A DNA stretch of 63,379 nucleotides, counting the filler, from Craspedostauros australis (lineage: Eukaryota), in NCBI GenBank assembly GCA_030167865.1. It is 8 parts of 8 records of this genome, joined end to end, with 100 filler letters (N's around TTAATTAATTAA, not from the genome) between each part and the next. Parts side by side here need not be neighbours in the genome. Positions count along the whole stretch, not along the records: positions 31,520 to 47,772 come from JALAGF010001352.1; 7 more parts are not named here. One strand, 5' to 3'. A program made the position numbers and the translations under genes. Within the stretch, counting starts at the first letter, position 1. Every line of letters starts with the position of its first letter. The notes below the pieces were generated by a model, which saw nothing but the letters and a program-made list of their open reading frames with translations, was not told where the DNA came from and made no database searches. Shown piece after piece: positions 33,472-46,115 of the stretch.

Positions 33472-35811
33472 TTACTTGTCCTTTCCGAACTTGGCGTAAC
33501 AGTTCTCCCTCAACCGCTGGCGGACTTTCTTGACGGCAGCGTCCATCGTGATCTCGAAGTTGCACTTTTCTTCCTTGTCGTAGAAGACGAAGCGCCCTCC
33601 GTAGGACTGGATGAAATTGACGATGCTCACGGCGACATTCGTCTTCTCGTGGTTGGTACCGCTGTTGTGATACGCGTCCGTGTACTGCGACACGACCTGC
33701 TGGTACCTCTTGTTGCCGTTCTGGTTGTTGGAGCCGCCACCGCGTCCCAGGAAGACGTCGATGTCTTCGTTAACGCTCTTGATGGCGCGCAGGGCCTTGT
33801 CCTTGTGGTTTTGGCGTCTGGATGTGCCGCCCGTGCTGGAACGTCGGCGTTGCTGCGGCGGAGGTCTTGGCTGCTGCTGTGCCAGAGACTGATCTTGTCG
33901 CATGTTCGCTGCGCCCATTTGCATGCCCGTCACCAAGGGTGCTGTCAGTTGTGACGTCATCATCCCGTTCATTGGGGAGTACTGCTGCTGCTGATGTTGC
34001 AAGAACGCACTCTGCTGCTGCTGCTGCTGCTGCGTCGGTGACAGCGCCGAGAAGGCGAGCATTGGTGCCGTGGGGAGGGTGGGGTGCAAGGGAGAGGCTC
34101 CCAGGTGCTGCCGCTGCTGTTGCGCTTGGTTTGGCGTGTTGAGCAAGGTCGGTTGCCGCGCAGAGCCCATGCCGGCGGCGTCGTCCACGAGCAACGCACC
34201 GCTGCCTCCATTGCCGGTGTTGCTGCTGCTGTTTGTCATCAGCAGGTATTCCAACGCAGAGGCGGAATCCATCTTGTTCTGGGAGGCATTGCCATTCGTT
34301 CCCAGCGGAACGGGGCTGAGCGTGAGCGACATGTTGTGCGCAGCCAGGGCGAGGTCCACCTTGGGGCCGCCGACGGCAGCGCTGTTGGTGGTGGCCTGCT
34401 TGGGGCTCAAGGTGAGAGACGCCAGGGAGTTGGTGAACATGGAGGATGCCACCGTGCAGACATCGTCGTCGAAGAACTTGAACTCCTCCGAGTTCTGGAA
34501 GACTGAGATGCTGTCGTTGCTGCTGTTGGTGTTGTCGACGTCAGCAGAAGCCGCGGCTGCCCCTGGCGAAGTCACGGCAGCGATGGCCTCGTTGAGCATC
34601 ATCTCTGTCTCCTCATCGTCGCGACCGCCCAGGGACACCGGAGTGGCCGTGCTGTGGCCACTGATGTTCATGGGGTCGTTGCGGTGCTTGGAGGGCTTTT
34701 TGGATCTGTCGGTGATGGATGGCGTGGACGATGGTGCCGAAGATGGGATTGCGGTTGGCGTTGGTGCTGCAGACGCGGCTGGCGCCGAAGTCGACGAGGA
34801 GAACTGCTCATCCTTCTTCTCCGCAACGGGCTGGCCGTTCGTTGCTTGCTGCTGCTCCACGGGGATGCGCTTGCGCTTGCTTGGGCCAGCCCCGTCGTCG
34901 TTCATGGCGTTGGGAGAGCTGGGGGCCGAGGACGAAGCCGTGGAGGACGTTGCCCCCGACGCTGTCGATGCGTTCCCGGAAACCATGGAGAATGGCTTGG
35001 AGGCGACGATCGCGGGCGTTGCATGGTGGTGCTGGTGGGATTGGAAGGCGTGCGTTTCACCGTTGCTGCGCATGTTGTTGAGGTAATCCTGCGACTGCTG
35101 CGTCCATTGCTGCATGCGTCGGTGCTCGTTGCTGGACATGGACATGGAGGGGTTGGCACCGAGCAGCGAGCCACGGCGCATGATGGCGTGACGGGCAGGC
35201 ATGAGGTTCGGCGCTGCCATGGCCGTGTTGTTGTGGGAGTGGTGGTCGTTGCCGCCATTGGCGTTGTTTGCGTTCGTGCTTGCGTTTGCACCGGTGCCTG
35301 CGCTGGTGCTGAAGCCGTTGCTCCCATTGTTGTGGCTGATGCCATCACCGAACGATGTGAATTGCTGCTTCTGCTGCTGTTGCTGTTGATGATGGTGTTG
35401 CTGCTGCTGCTGCTGAAGGCAGTGCGACTGCATCTGCTGCTGACGGTACTGCTGCTGGTGCATGGTCATGAGGTTGTCATTGACCAGCGACCCACGACGC
35501 ATGGCAGGAGCTCTGCCCGAACCGGCCACACCTCCCATCCCCAGGGACATGTTGTTGCTCAGGTTGTGGGCGAAGCCGTTGGCTTGAGGCGTGGTCGACG
35601 AGCCGTACTGGTACATGCCGCGGCTGTCAGCAGCATGCGAGTGATGGGAGAAGCCGTTCTGTTGTTGGTGGGAGTTGGAGGTGTCCATCACCATGCCTGG
35701 TTCCAAGACGCCGGCCACCGAGTGACCCATGGTCTGCATAGTCTGCATGGACTGCATGGTGGTCGTGGGATTGCTGCCGACGGTGCTTGAGAAGTACGGT
35801 TGGAACTCCAT
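33472..35811 (-). CDS. Q/S-rich DUF6824-domain protein (putative diatom transcription regulator)
   Basis: C-terminal DVFLGRGGGSNNQNGNKRYQQVV...KTNVAVSIVNFIQSYGGRFV...AVKKVRQRLRE; polyQ tracts; two RRGSL PKA-type motifs. Confidence 0.85.
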   Translation of the reverse strand: MEFQPYFSSTVGSNPTTTMQSMQTMQTMGHSVAGVLEPGMVMDTSNSHQQQNGFSHHSHAADSRGMYQYGSSTTPQANGFAHNLSNNMSLGMGGVAGSGRAPAMRRGSLVNDNLMTMHQQQYRQQQMQSHCLQQQQQQHHHQQQQQQKQQFTSFGDGISHNNGSNGFSTSAGTGANASTNANNANGGNDHHSHNNTAMAAPNLMPARHAIMRRGSLLGANPSMSMSSNEHRRMQQWTQQSQDYLNNMRSNGETHAFQSHQHHHATPAIVASKPFSMVSGNASTASGATSSTASSSAPSSPNAMNDDGAGPSKRKRIPVEQQQATNGQPVAEKKDEQFSSSTSAPAASAAPTPTAIPSSAPSSTPSITDRSKKPSKHRNDPMNISGHSTATPVSLGGRDDEETEMMLNEAIAAVTSPGAAAASADVDNTNSSNDSISVFQNSEEFKFFDDDVCTVASSMFTNSLASLTLSPKQATTNSAAVGGPKVDLALAAHNMSLTLSPVPLGTNGNASQNKMDSASALEYLLMTNSSSNTGNGGSGALLVDDAAGMGSARQPTLLNTPNQAQQQRQHLGASPLHPTLPTAPMLAFSALSPTQQQQQQQSAFLQHQQQQYSPMNGMMTSQLTAPLVTGMQMGAANMRQDQSLAQQQPRPPPQQRRRSSTGGTSRRQNHKDKALRAIKSVNEDIDVFLGRGGGSNNQNGNKRYQQVVSQYTDAYHNSGTNHEKTNVAVSIVNFIQSYGGRFVFYDKEEKCNFEITMDAAVKKVRQRLRENCYAKFGKDK

Positions 35812-35829
35812 TGTGTCAAGGGGTCTTGC

Positions 35830-37060
35830 AATGTCTGCTTGTGTCTGTTTGTGTCTGCTTGTGTCTGCTTGTGTGCCTCTATGCTCTTGCTCGTGCCTCT
35901 GCCTATGCCTTGTGATTTGTGCTTGTTCTCGTGTATCTGTGCCTGTGCCAATGGTCACAAGAGACCGGTGAATGGCTGGGAGTGTTTGAGAAAAGGCCCG
36001 AAAGCTGCGATTGATGGCGGTCGTGGTACGGATGCCAAAGGAGGAGCTGACGATGGTGCTGCTGTTGCTACTGCTGCTGTTGCTACTGCTGCCGTTGCTA
36101 CTGCTGCTGTTGCTACTGCTGCTACTGCTGATGATGATTGTTGCGGCAACGACGATGATTGTGACGACGATGATTGTGACGATGATGATGCTGATTGTGA
36201 TAATGACCAGAGTGTGGGTGGCAACAAAGCTGGGTGTCGACGCGTTGCGGTACTGCCCTGTGCAAGCGATTACTTGTGGCTTGTTGGTCGGGGCCTGTGT
36301 ATTTGTATTTGTGTTATTTGTATTGTGTTCCTTCCTTGTGCGCTCAGGTGGTTTGTGTTGTGGATGAAGATGTGCGTAACGTGATGTGGTGTGATGTGGC
36401 GGGATGTGTTATTTTGCCGATGTTGTGTTTTGCCGACGTCCTGTTGTGTCGCGTTGCGTTACTTTGCGTCGTACTGTGTTGCACCTTCTCCTCCTTGTTG
36501 TTTCGCCAGAAAGGACAAACTACGATTAGGTAAGACACAGTCAGCGTCTATCGCGTTGGTGACGAAAGCGCGGTGGGAGGGCGAACGAAGACGGCGAGGT
36601 TGTCAAAAGCCGAAGACGGGATGATGTTGTGGCACCAAGGGGACGAAATGATTGGTTTGGCAACCGCGCGATTTGCGCAGGTAGGATTGTGCGCGCGGTT
36701 TGGTAGTCGGGGTGGCGCGACCTTTCTCTCCTCAGAACCAACAATCCAGTGCCGTGTTTTGCGCCGCCTCTTCGGTTCTGCTCTGTGCTTTTTGGGTGGC
36801 GAGTCGATGAGTGTGTTGGCTCTCTTGTTCTCCTCGTTTGTCACCTCCTCTTCGATTTTATCTCTCTCGCTCTCGCTCTCGCTCTTGCTCTCGCTCAGTT
36901 ACTCACTTGCTCTGCTTGTGCTTTCCTGCTTGGCTCCTCTCCGTCTCTCTCTCTCTCTCTCTCTGGCTGCGCTCTTTGTCTCCTGTGGGCTTTTTTGGCT
37001 GGTGCTGATTTCCGAAGACCTTGTCAACTGCCCTTCTCTCTCTCTCTCTCTCGCTCTCGC
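35830..37060. repeat. Cluster of simple repeats upstream of the DUF6824 gene: (TGTGTCTGCT)n, (GCTACTGCTGCTGTT)n, (GAT/GAC)n, (CT)n
   Basis: Visible at ~35835-35875, 36058-36128, 36130-36200 and 36860-37055. Confidence 0.85.
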
Positions 37061-40000
37061 CGGCTTGCGGTGTGTCGGGTTGGTTGCCTTGCGGTTTTGT
37101 TCTTGTCGCGTGTGTGGATCCTGTGACCCCTCTTCTCACGGTGGAGATTATGTGTGTCGCTTCTGTGATGCGTCTCTGGGTATAGCGTGTGAGTGTGAGT
37201 GCGGGTATCGCTGCGTCTCACAGAGGTAGTTTGTGCCAACTTTCTTGGCGAGTTTCTTGGCTTCGATGCTGCCTGCTCCTATTTTGGCATGTGGCGCGCA
37301 GCGTGCACAACCACAAACAATGGCGTGCAGTCAGTGGTGTCGCCATCTTTCCTCGCTCGCGATTTGCGGCCACAGCGGCTGCACTCTCGGATGCCTTGCC
37401 TCCCTTGTGGTTTCCGGGAAGAACTGTGAATCTTGCTTCGTGTAATTTCGCCTCTTGTTGTCATTCCTCGCCAGATGCTGTCTTGTAACGCAGCGGCCTC
37501 TTTTGGTGTTCCAGATCGAGCAGAAAAGACACTCTGCTCCACCCGAGACGGGCCCAACAGTTCTCGCGTCCATCCTGTGAAGGCATTGATACACTTCTTT
37601 CCAGCAGCTTTTTCCAACCAAGAACAACGAGAATGACCCCTGCTTTCTCTTTTCAATAAATAAGCTCTCTTTGGTAATGACTTCCCATTCAACAAATCCA
37701 TTGTTAAGGCCGCGTGACGCGGCAAAGTTCACCATCGAAGTTGAGACGCGGAGTTCTGACGTTCCGACTTGACGATATGGCCCCTCCCACAGTTATTAAA
37801 CGAGATTGATACCGACACGACATGCGCTGTCATTGTCGTCTCATGCACCAAGCTCGTTGGACATTTACAGCGATAAAATACAACCAACATTGTTACTCCC
37901 CACAACAGAATCGACGATAAAATCGAAGACGCTCCGAAGTTCGGCGTACAACTCCTTCGTGACACGTTTAACCGAGTTCGCGAGTTCGCTAGTCGACCCG
38001 AACAACCAACGATTTGTCCTTCACTCGCTGTTTCGTGGTTGTGATGTTCCGTGGAGTATCACCGGAAAACCTCTCTTGGAAGGTTGTTGCCACCTCGTTT
38101 CTGTTCCTCTGTCGCCGTATCACCACCGACAACAACGGCCACAAAATTTAGGCGCACCAATTCAGATCCGTGCAGGTACCACATTCTGAGTACGGGTACG
38201 ATCCATGCTATGCAGTTCGCACAGTTACACCAACTCTCTGGGTCGTATGAAGCCATCTCTTCCCTGCAACGGATGCGTAGCCAACTGCTACAATACGAAC
38301 TATTATATGATTCCGACCTTCCTTCCTCCATTGCTTCACTGCTTTCTATTCTATTATACCAAACCATACCACAAACCATTTTACTTGATGCGGTGTCGCG
38401 CAACAAAAGTCCGATTGCGTTCGCCTGATCACGGATTCTCGCATCGCGCATCTGAAGTCCATGGCGGGAGGAATTCATGAGATCTCTTTTCCAGCCTCCT
38501 TCGTCTCATCTTTCTCTTCCCTTTTCCTGTTCCTCTCTCTCTCTCTCTCTCTCTTGGCGACAACCATTGAATACCATGCTCCACGACAATACGGTTGATA
38601 GCTCGTGCAATAGCCAACATATCCGTAGTGAGGTTCCCCAGATACATGTTCAACTACGTGTTCATGGTTCATGAGCCGAACCTCGATACCGTGCCCGTCG
38701 ATCAAGTGCAACTTGATGCTGACACGAAGCATCGTTGAGAATGTTCGTAGCGCGGTGCTTCAAGTATCATTGGTACCCGCTGTGTATCTGCAGAATCAGA
38801 AATCTCCAAGTCCAGCACCTGCTCCAAGGAAGGTCTGTCCCTGCATGTTCTGAGCGCGGCAGGTGTCCTCAAGTCTCATTGGTATCACAACACGAGCAGA
38901 ATGACTACGTTCCGCAGTGTAGGTGCTCGCGAGCGCATACGTAAGCACGTCCGTCACTATCCACGGACCTATCTGCGAGTACAACTATGACGTATGGACA
39001 TGACAGGTTGGCAAGTACTCTCCAGAGCATGTTGCTATAGAGGTACTCGTACTCGACTCTGTGTAAGTAACCTGAATCGAAAGGCGAAGTGAAAGCAGAA
39101 GCCGGTGCGAGTGCCATGCTTTCCGGCTCGACCATCCCACTGCATCCTTCCGCCAGATGAGGCGATTTCCTCCACAAAACGCAGACTTCGACATCATAGA
39201 GCACATCACAGGCTCCAATTTGTTGTCGCTCAGACCCTTGGCCTGAGGTTCCTCTCTCGAGAGACAACACTTGGAAGCTGTGCTTGCGATGTAAGTTAAC
39301 TTTGCTACGATTACTACTTTAGTCCGCGTGAATAGAGGATATGATAGAGGCAGGGCATGGTGCATTCGACTGCAGCGTAATCGTGCACAGAATCTGCCAC
39401 CAAAGGTCGACCTGCACCCGAGAGAGAGTGCAGAGTATGGAGCTAAAGCGAGAGCACTGCCAGCGTCCACAACAGGTGGACGTGCATGACGATACATGAT
39501 AGTGCCCCATGGCACAGAGAACTCTGCACGATCCTTCATCCACAATCGACCGGGTCTTCCAAATACATAGAGCATTACTTTGAGGAGTTCCGCGACAGAG
39601 CAGCGGCACGAAAAACCCTCCACGACAAACGAGCATTCATGTAAGTACCAGCACCAAACAAAACCCATCTAACAAACGACCTTCGACACCCTCTGAGTTG
39701 GACGGAATATTCGTAGATGCAGCGAAGTTCGATGCCAGACAATGCGATGTAATTGTGTCGTCTCGTTTTGGACGGGGCCGCATGTCAGCACCGAGCACCG
39801 GAATCTAACCCTCCTCGTACAAATTGGATACAGCGAGACAAACCCCGTTGTCCATTGTTCGACAATCCAGTCCATTGCCGGTATCAAAGTCAAGCAACAT
39901 AGCAAGGTCCAATCAAGCACTCGAGCAAGTGGCGAGGCCTTCCATGTGTGGTGCCTGGTTTCGCGCGTGCATCCATGCAGGCATACATTCATGAATGCAA

Positions 40001-41234
40001 GACCTGCTCACAAGCACGAGTGGGCACGACAACTTGTGCAAGGGACATGATCATCATGTAGCATCTCGCACAATGGGACATAATAGTCGTGTTCGTACAA
40101 TACCATGGCGGGAAGGAGGCCAATGCTTGCACCTGTACCATAGGAGCTACATGCTCCGGTAACACACCCTTTCAGTCAGACACATATCGTCACATAGACA
40201 TACTGGGTGCCATGCAACATGCAACATGCAACATACACGTACGAATCCTACTCCTTCTTTGATTGTTCTACCGAGACTTGAACCACCGTTTCGAATTCCT
40301 CTCGTTCTGTCAATTGTCGAACATCCTTCAAATCAGAGCTCTTCCTCCGCCGTGTCTTGGTTCCCTCTGTTCCTCTCTCTCTCTCTTTGTGTGTTCCTCT
40401 GTGCCGATCTCCAATAAATCTGCAACCGTCTCCGTCTCCAATTGCGGCCTCCCATAGGATTCCAACTCTGTGCCCCTTCCCGAGGATCTCTCTGTCTGGG
40501 AGCCAACATGTCCCAAAGGGTGGCGCCATCTCCGCTCTCGGCGCTCCGTGGAATCTGCACCTTGTCCGTGTTTCGCACACAGGATTCAGGGCATCCTTGT
40601 TGGAGTGTCGACTCGTTGGATTTGTCCCTTGGGTGGACAGATGAGTCATTCACGATTCACAACCCGCCATGGCAGAACATTCGTGACGCATCAACTTCGC
40701 GATGATGCCCATCACAACAAAACACACCCATCACCACTGTTCTTCCGTGTGTGGGCGAGCCGACATTGGTAGCGATCTCTCTTGAATGAGGCGCTGCCGC
40801 AGAGCACGTACATCGTGTCTTCCGCAAGGAGAGGCCAACCAGGAACATCCAAGGCGTTCACGTTCCACGCCCCCTTGCGAAGATTCCATCACCAGTGTAT
40901 TGGTATTGTGCAGAGTACGAGCTACTCCATACTCCATCCATAATCTCACAACATTGCGATCAAGCTGTCTCCAACAAAGCCAGGGCTGGAACACATCGGA
41001 CCAACGTGCCAATCGAGAGATCGAAGATCTTTGCTCACAAGCACCAAACAGTGTTGTCACAAATCGAACAGCGATCAAATCCATCGGCAGATCCATTGGC
41101 ACACCAACCTACTCGCACATGTAATACGATCTTCAACATTGTACAAACCACATCCGTGCTTTGAGTCTTCCACTCTGCTCTTCACGCGATCCGCTCAACA
41201 AAGCACACGCGTATACGAGTGCACAAATCAGACC

Positions 41235-42251
41235 ATGTCCGCCAAAACACCACCGCACCAAGCGGTGACAGCTGCCTTGTCTTTCATCAAGGGCGCAGCC
41301 CTACAACCGGCCTCCAAGCCAGGCTTCGCGCATGCTCTGCGGCTTTCGTACAACACCATCAATGCGGATAGATTGGGGTGGGATGCGAAACGCAAGGCGC
41401 TGACATACCGATACGCCTTTGAAGATGTCGTCACGGCATCCCCCACGTTGGGAACCATGACCGCGATCATGGATGAGCTCACCACCAACGCTTGCTTTGC
41501 CGTCGGACAGCCATCCGCGCCAGGCCTGTCCTTGCACATGGACATGGAATGGTTGATCGATGACCCGACCACATTGTTTGGCACCGACCGCAAGGAGCTC
41601 GATGTGGTGAATATCGTGACCAAATTGGGACGCACCATCTCCTTCACCCGGGCCGAGTACGTCCATCCCGTCACGCAACAGATCGTCGCCTACGGCACGC
41701 ACGTCAAGTACATGCCGACTGGCAGCTTCTTCCTCGATATCATTTTCAACAAGTCGTGGGCGTACGCATTGTACAAGGCAGTGTATCGCGTGAACACTGC
41801 CGACGTCCCCAACACGTATCCTCTCCAGGATGTGATTGCAACACACATGCAACACACCGGGCTGGGACATGCGACGTTCCACATCACGAGGGAGCATACC
41901 AATCCATTCGGCGGTCTGCATGGTGGTTGCCACGCGGTTCTGATGGAAGCGGTGGCCATGCCGTTGGCGAAATCCGTGCTATCGAAACGAATGAAGATTT
42001 CGACAAATGGAGATGATGACAATGTCCGTGCATTTGTCAAGAGCATCAAGATCGACTACCTGTCGGCCGGGAAGGTGGGGCAGGACATACGGATCACTGC
42101 CGAGACGATCGAGGAAGAGGTGCATGGCACGAAGGTATCACTTCGGGTCAAGCTCTCTCGGTCAGATGGGCGTGTGCTTTCGGATGCCACGATGCTCGTC
42201 GCTGCTGGTGCATCAGCCTCCTCGCCGCCGCCTGTGACATCCAGGATGTAG
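41235..42251 (+). CDS. Double-hotdog (PaaI-like) thioesterase
   Basis: Two hotdog units: TLGTMTAIMDELT...KLGRTISF and NPFGGLHGGCHAVLME...IKIDYLSAG. Confidence 0.8.
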   Translation: MSAKTPPHQAVTAALSFIKGAALQPASKPGFAHALRLSYNTINADRLGWDAKRKALTYRYAFEDVVTASPTLGTMTAIMDELTTNACFAVGQPSAPGLSLHMDMEWLIDDPTTLFGTDRKELDVVNIVTKLGRTISFTRAEYVHPVTQQIVAYGTHVKYMPTGSFFLDIIFNKSWAYALYKAVYRVNTADVPNTYPLQDVIATHMQHTGLGHATFHITREHTNPFGGLHGGCHAVLMEAVAMPLAKSVLSKRMKISTNGDDDNVRAFVKSIKIDYLSAGKVGQDIRITAETIEEEVHGTKVSLRVKLSRSDGRVLSDATMLVAAGASASSPPPVTSRM

Positions 42252-42483
42252 AGTAAGCAATAGTCGTACAAGTTACCACCACCATTAGCTCGTAGTCGTT
42301 CCATTGGCATTGCAAGTGGGTGGTACTCGCAGTAGAGCATCGTACTCAATGTATATACGAGAATGTACAGATGTGCATATTCATAGAAGTGATCCTCGAT
42401 GTATACATTACGTAATAGGAATAACACGGTCCCAACAAACTCCTCTCACATCTGCCGCAGCACACATGCTAATAATTCCCACG

Positions 42484-45396
42484 TCACTCGAACAGAATGC
42501 TGCCATCCACAGCGTAGACCGTATGTTCATCCGGAACGCCCAAATACTCGCGCGATGGACACAGGATATCCTTGGCATGAAAGCGGCACAGGACGGAAGA
42601 TCCGGGACTATGCAACGTGACCGTGGGATAGAGCTCGTCGTCGGCCGGCACGAGCAGCGGTAACGTGAATGCCGGCGGGTGCATGTCGACGCCGATGGGA
42701 GGATTGACGACGACGCCGTTGACCCAGAATGTGACGGCCGCCGTGACCATGGTGCCTTCCCACGTATCGATGGCGGAGGAATCGTCCAAGCAGACGAGGC
42801 AGCCGACGGTGGATTGGTCGCCGTAGACATTCTGCGAGGGATCCGCAGGAGAGCACCACTGGCCGGCCGTCAGGATTTGGCCGTTGGTGCAAAGTCCGAC
42901 GCTGCCTTTCCACGCGCCGACCAAGGTGGTGGGCGGCATCTCTCTTGTCGAGAGGCCGATGCACAACGTGGACATGGTGGGAATGAGCACGCCGTTGTTG
43001 CTGCTGCGCGGCAGGACGGTCATTTCGAAGTAGACGAAGCAGTTGCGCAAGATGGGCACCATGCTGCGCGTGGAGCAGTAGAGGAGGTTTCCCACCTTGG
43101 TGGCAACGTGCTGGCCGCACGTCCATTCGATGCCGAGGGCGGTGCCGTCGTCGGCATCAAAGACCGCGAGGCACTTGCCATCCGACAGGGCCTCCGCCAT
43201 GCCGCGCGTTCGATCGTCTTCCGATCCCAGGCCATCCAGGACGCGCAGCTGATCGCGTGCCAAGAAGAGAACGTCATCGGCGAACCGCGTGCCACGCGCC
43301 AAGACGATGCGGCGCGATTTGGGTGTGGGCGGGAATGACTTGGGCGTGCACATGAAGGGCGATGAGGGCGTCACCACACCAGACAGCGGCGTGACGAGAA
43401 CGTCGTCGTCGTCATGATGAGCGTTGTCGTCGTCATCGTTGCTGGGCGGTTTGACGGTGGCAAGAAAGGGGCGCAAAGATATTTCGTAATGCATCATTTT
43501 CTTGACACGCGATCGTGCGCGGTTGGAGAGGCCGCCGCTGTCGTCCTGCATTTCGCGATAGGCCACAACGGAGGCGGCCGCGTTGAGATTGGATAACTTG
43601 GACAGCAGACGCTGTTGCTTCTGGCGCTGCTGTTCCAGCAATCGCTGCTGTTCCAACTCATGCCAGCGCTGTTGCGTTTGGAGGTCGTTGGATCGCGACA
43701 ACTCGCCGACGTTGGCATTGAGGACGCAGGACCTTCCGGCTGCCAAGGAGGAGGCGTCGTTCATGGAGACGGCGTTGCGTTGCAAACCGATGGGCACCTG
43801 CGGGAGTGTTGATGTGGTGGGCACGACAGACGCCCGCGGGACCGCGTCGGTCGCAAGATGCGTGTTGACGAATCGGACCGTCGATGCCGCGACGCTGCTG
43901 AGGGCCGATTGCACCGTCTTTACGACGAGCTCCGCCGTGCGTTGGAAGGGTTCCGAGATGACCGCGACAGGGCGTATCTGGAGTATCTGATCGCGGGTGC
44001 CGTCCCATGCCGTGGCTGTGGAATCCAGAACGGTGTCGACGACGTTCTGGACCGTCCTGGTGGAGAGCATCCATCCCGCGAAGGTGCTGTCCAAAAGCAG
44101 CTCTCCGGATCCTTCGACGATCGTGACCGTGACCGAGATGGTGATGGTGAGATGGCGCGTCGTCGGTTCTATGTAGAGGATGTATGGAATGCGGGCCAAG
44201 TGCTCTATGTTGGTGACGACGTGATGGCCGATCTGTTCCGCGAGGTTGGCCTGCTTGGAGGTAGCATGGCCGCGCCGCTTGTGGTCGCTCGTCGGATACG
44301 AGGGCAGCTCGGACGCACGCTGCTGGCGCTGCCTGCGCTCACGCTGCTGGCGGCGCTGGATGGCGAGCGCGGCTTCAAAGGCGTCCAGCGCGTAGTCTCT
44401 GAGCGGTTGCGGCCTCGCAAAGACCGCCTTGGCGAGCTGCTCCTGCACGTAGGATTGGTGTGTCGTGGATTTGCGATGTCGGTTGGTCTGTCGCGTGCGC
44501 GTTTTGGATCTGCGACGCGCGTTCGAGGTGATGTTCGAGGTGGTCTGCGTGGATGCGGAGAACGAGGGCAGCGATGATGTTGCAGGCAGCGATGATGTTG
44601 CAGGCAGCGATGATGCAGATGCAATGGGAGTTGCAGATGCAGTTGGAACTGCGGCCATGGACTGCGAACTGTGATGATGGTGCGATTGCGACTGCCTGGA
44701 CAAGCTCCTGCCCTCGCTCTCCGATGATGATGGCTCTCCAGACGACTGACCTCCGCACTGCTGTTGCGACGGTGCTTCCTGTCTGCCTTGCCGTCTGTCG
44801 CTGTTGCCAACGTCGGTACCATCATCATTGTCATCATCATTATCGTCATCATTATCATCGTCATTGTCGTCATCAGACACAGCACCATCCAGTTCCTGAG
44901 TCAAGGCAAGAAGATCGGGCGGCGCTGGCTGCTGCTGGTTGTTGTCGTTGCTGTAGCTGCCGCCGTTGGAGCCACCATTGTCACTGCTCGTGTTGCTGCT
45001 CCTGCTGGTGCGCGTCGTCATGCTGGCATCCTGCATCAGCTGCGCTCCTTCTTCGCTGAATCCCAGGTAGTTCGCGAGGTTCTGGACCACTCCATGTTGC
45101 TGTTGTTGCTGTTGCTGTTGCTGCTGATGCTGCTGCGATGATGGATCCAAAGAACAGTGCTTCTGCGCTTCATCGTGGCTGTCTTCAATGCTGTATCCAA
45201 TGCTGTCATCGTTGTTGTTCTTGCTGTTGCTGTTGCTGTCAATAGTTGTGCCATCCATGAGGATCGCTTTGGTCGATGAGGTTGCTTTATGGTCATCTTG
45301 ATCCGCAGATGATTGCGCGCATACTAGTGCTGATGCCCCATCTTCTCTATTGCCGCCCCCACTGCCACTGCCACCGCCACTGCCATGGAGACTCAT
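42484..45396 (-). CDS. Large low-complexity protein with C-terminal SPRY/B30.2-like domain
   Basis: VYFEMTV...LCIGLST...LVGAWKGSVGLCTNG...YGDQSTVGCLV...FWVNG...LYPTVTL. Confidence 0.75.
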   Translation of the reverse strand: MSLHGSGGGSGSGGGNREDGASALVCAQSSADQDDHKATSSTKAILMDGTTIDSNSNSKNNNDDSIGYSIEDSHDEAQKHCSLDPSSQQHQQQQQQQQQQHGVVQNLANYLGFSEEGAQLMQDASMTTRTSRSSNTSSDNGGSNGGSYSNDNNQQQPAPPDLLALTQELDGAVSDDDNDDDNDDDNDDDNDDGTDVGNSDRRQGRQEAPSQQQCGGQSSGEPSSSESEGRSLSRQSQSHHHHSSQSMAAVPTASATPIASASSLPATSSLPATSSLPSFSASTQTTSNITSNARRRSKTRTRQTNRHRKSTTHQSYVQEQLAKAVFARPQPLRDYALDAFEAALAIQRRQQRERRQRQQRASELPSYPTSDHKRRGHATSKQANLAEQIGHHVVTNIEHLARIPYILYIEPTTRHLTITISVTVTIVEGSGELLLDSTFAGWMLSTRTVQNVVDTVLDSTATAWDGTRDQILQIRPVAVISEPFQRTAELVVKTVQSALSSVAASTVRFVNTHLATDAVPRASVVPTTSTLPQVPIGLQRNAVSMNDASSLAAGRSCVLNANVGELSRSNDLQTQQRWHELEQQRLLEQQRQKQQRLLSKLSNLNAAASVVAYREMQDDSGGLSNRARSRVKKMMHYEISLRPFLATVKPPSNDDDDNAHHDDDDVLVTPLSGVVTPSSPFMCTPKSFPPTPKSRRIVLARGTRFADDVLFLARDQLRVLDGLGSEDDRTRGMAEALSDGKCLAVFDADDGTALGIEWTCGQHVATKVGNLLYCSTRSMVPILRNCFVYFEMTVLPRSSNNGVLIPTMSTLCIGLSTREMPPTTLVGAWKGSVGLCTNGQILTAGQWCSPADPSQNVYGDQSTVGCLVCLDDSSAIDTWEGTMVTAAVTFWVNGVVVNPPIGVDMHPPAFTLPLLVPADDELYPTVTLHSPGSSVLCRFHAKDILCPSREYLGVPDEHTVYAVDGSILFE

Positions 45397-46115
45397 GACC
45401 GTACAGGATGTGTCGGAGTGCTGCTCGCTTGGATTGTCCCTTGTGCTGATGCTGATGATGCTGATGCTGTCTCTCTCCTCTCGATTGTGGGAGTACTACT
45501 AACGGTCTAGTAATATAGAATAGTATTCTATACTACTCATACAATAGCACGTAGAATAGTATCCAGTATTCCAGACAGTGATCCTCAACAGCATGCGTCG
45601 TTCCGAATGATCAATGACGAGATGGGGAAGACGCTTCTTTGTCTCCGCTCCTGCGATGAGTTCGAGGACGGTCTATTGTCCTATGAGTCGTATGTGTGTT
45701 GCTTGTAGTAGTATGGGATGCAAGTTCACGATTGCTCTCCCTCTTTTGAGTGCACTGCATACAACTCCTGTTGACTGTTTGGTGCTGCTGCTTTCTTGGT
45801 CTCTTGCTTGGTCTGCGTTCTTGTTCTTTGACCTCCTTTCTTGCTCTCTCCGTTTCTCCCGAGCCTCTGTTTCTGTGCGTCTCTTGCGCATCTTCTGTTG
45901 CGCGTCAACCTCCCCCCAAAATCAGAACACCCAGCGTTCTTGTTGTGCTGACATCGTCATCCACAGCAACTCCCACGGTTCATTCGTTCTTGGTGAGGTT
46001 GGAATTGGTTGCGTTGAAATTACGTTATTTGTGGTTACAAAACCGTTATTTTTCTGTCAAATTGAAATACCCTTCACAACCAACTCGACTCAACTCAGCT
46101 CTCCACTCCTCCACT

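Noticed and set aside
36573..37229. Leu/Ser-rich 'membrane protein' ORF
   Set aside because: Produced by CT microsatellites.
40590..40705. Possible HSF DNA-binding fragment (WTDESFTIHNP)
   Set aside because: Only a short match; flanking HSF motifs (F..KL, SF.RQLN.YGF) are absent.
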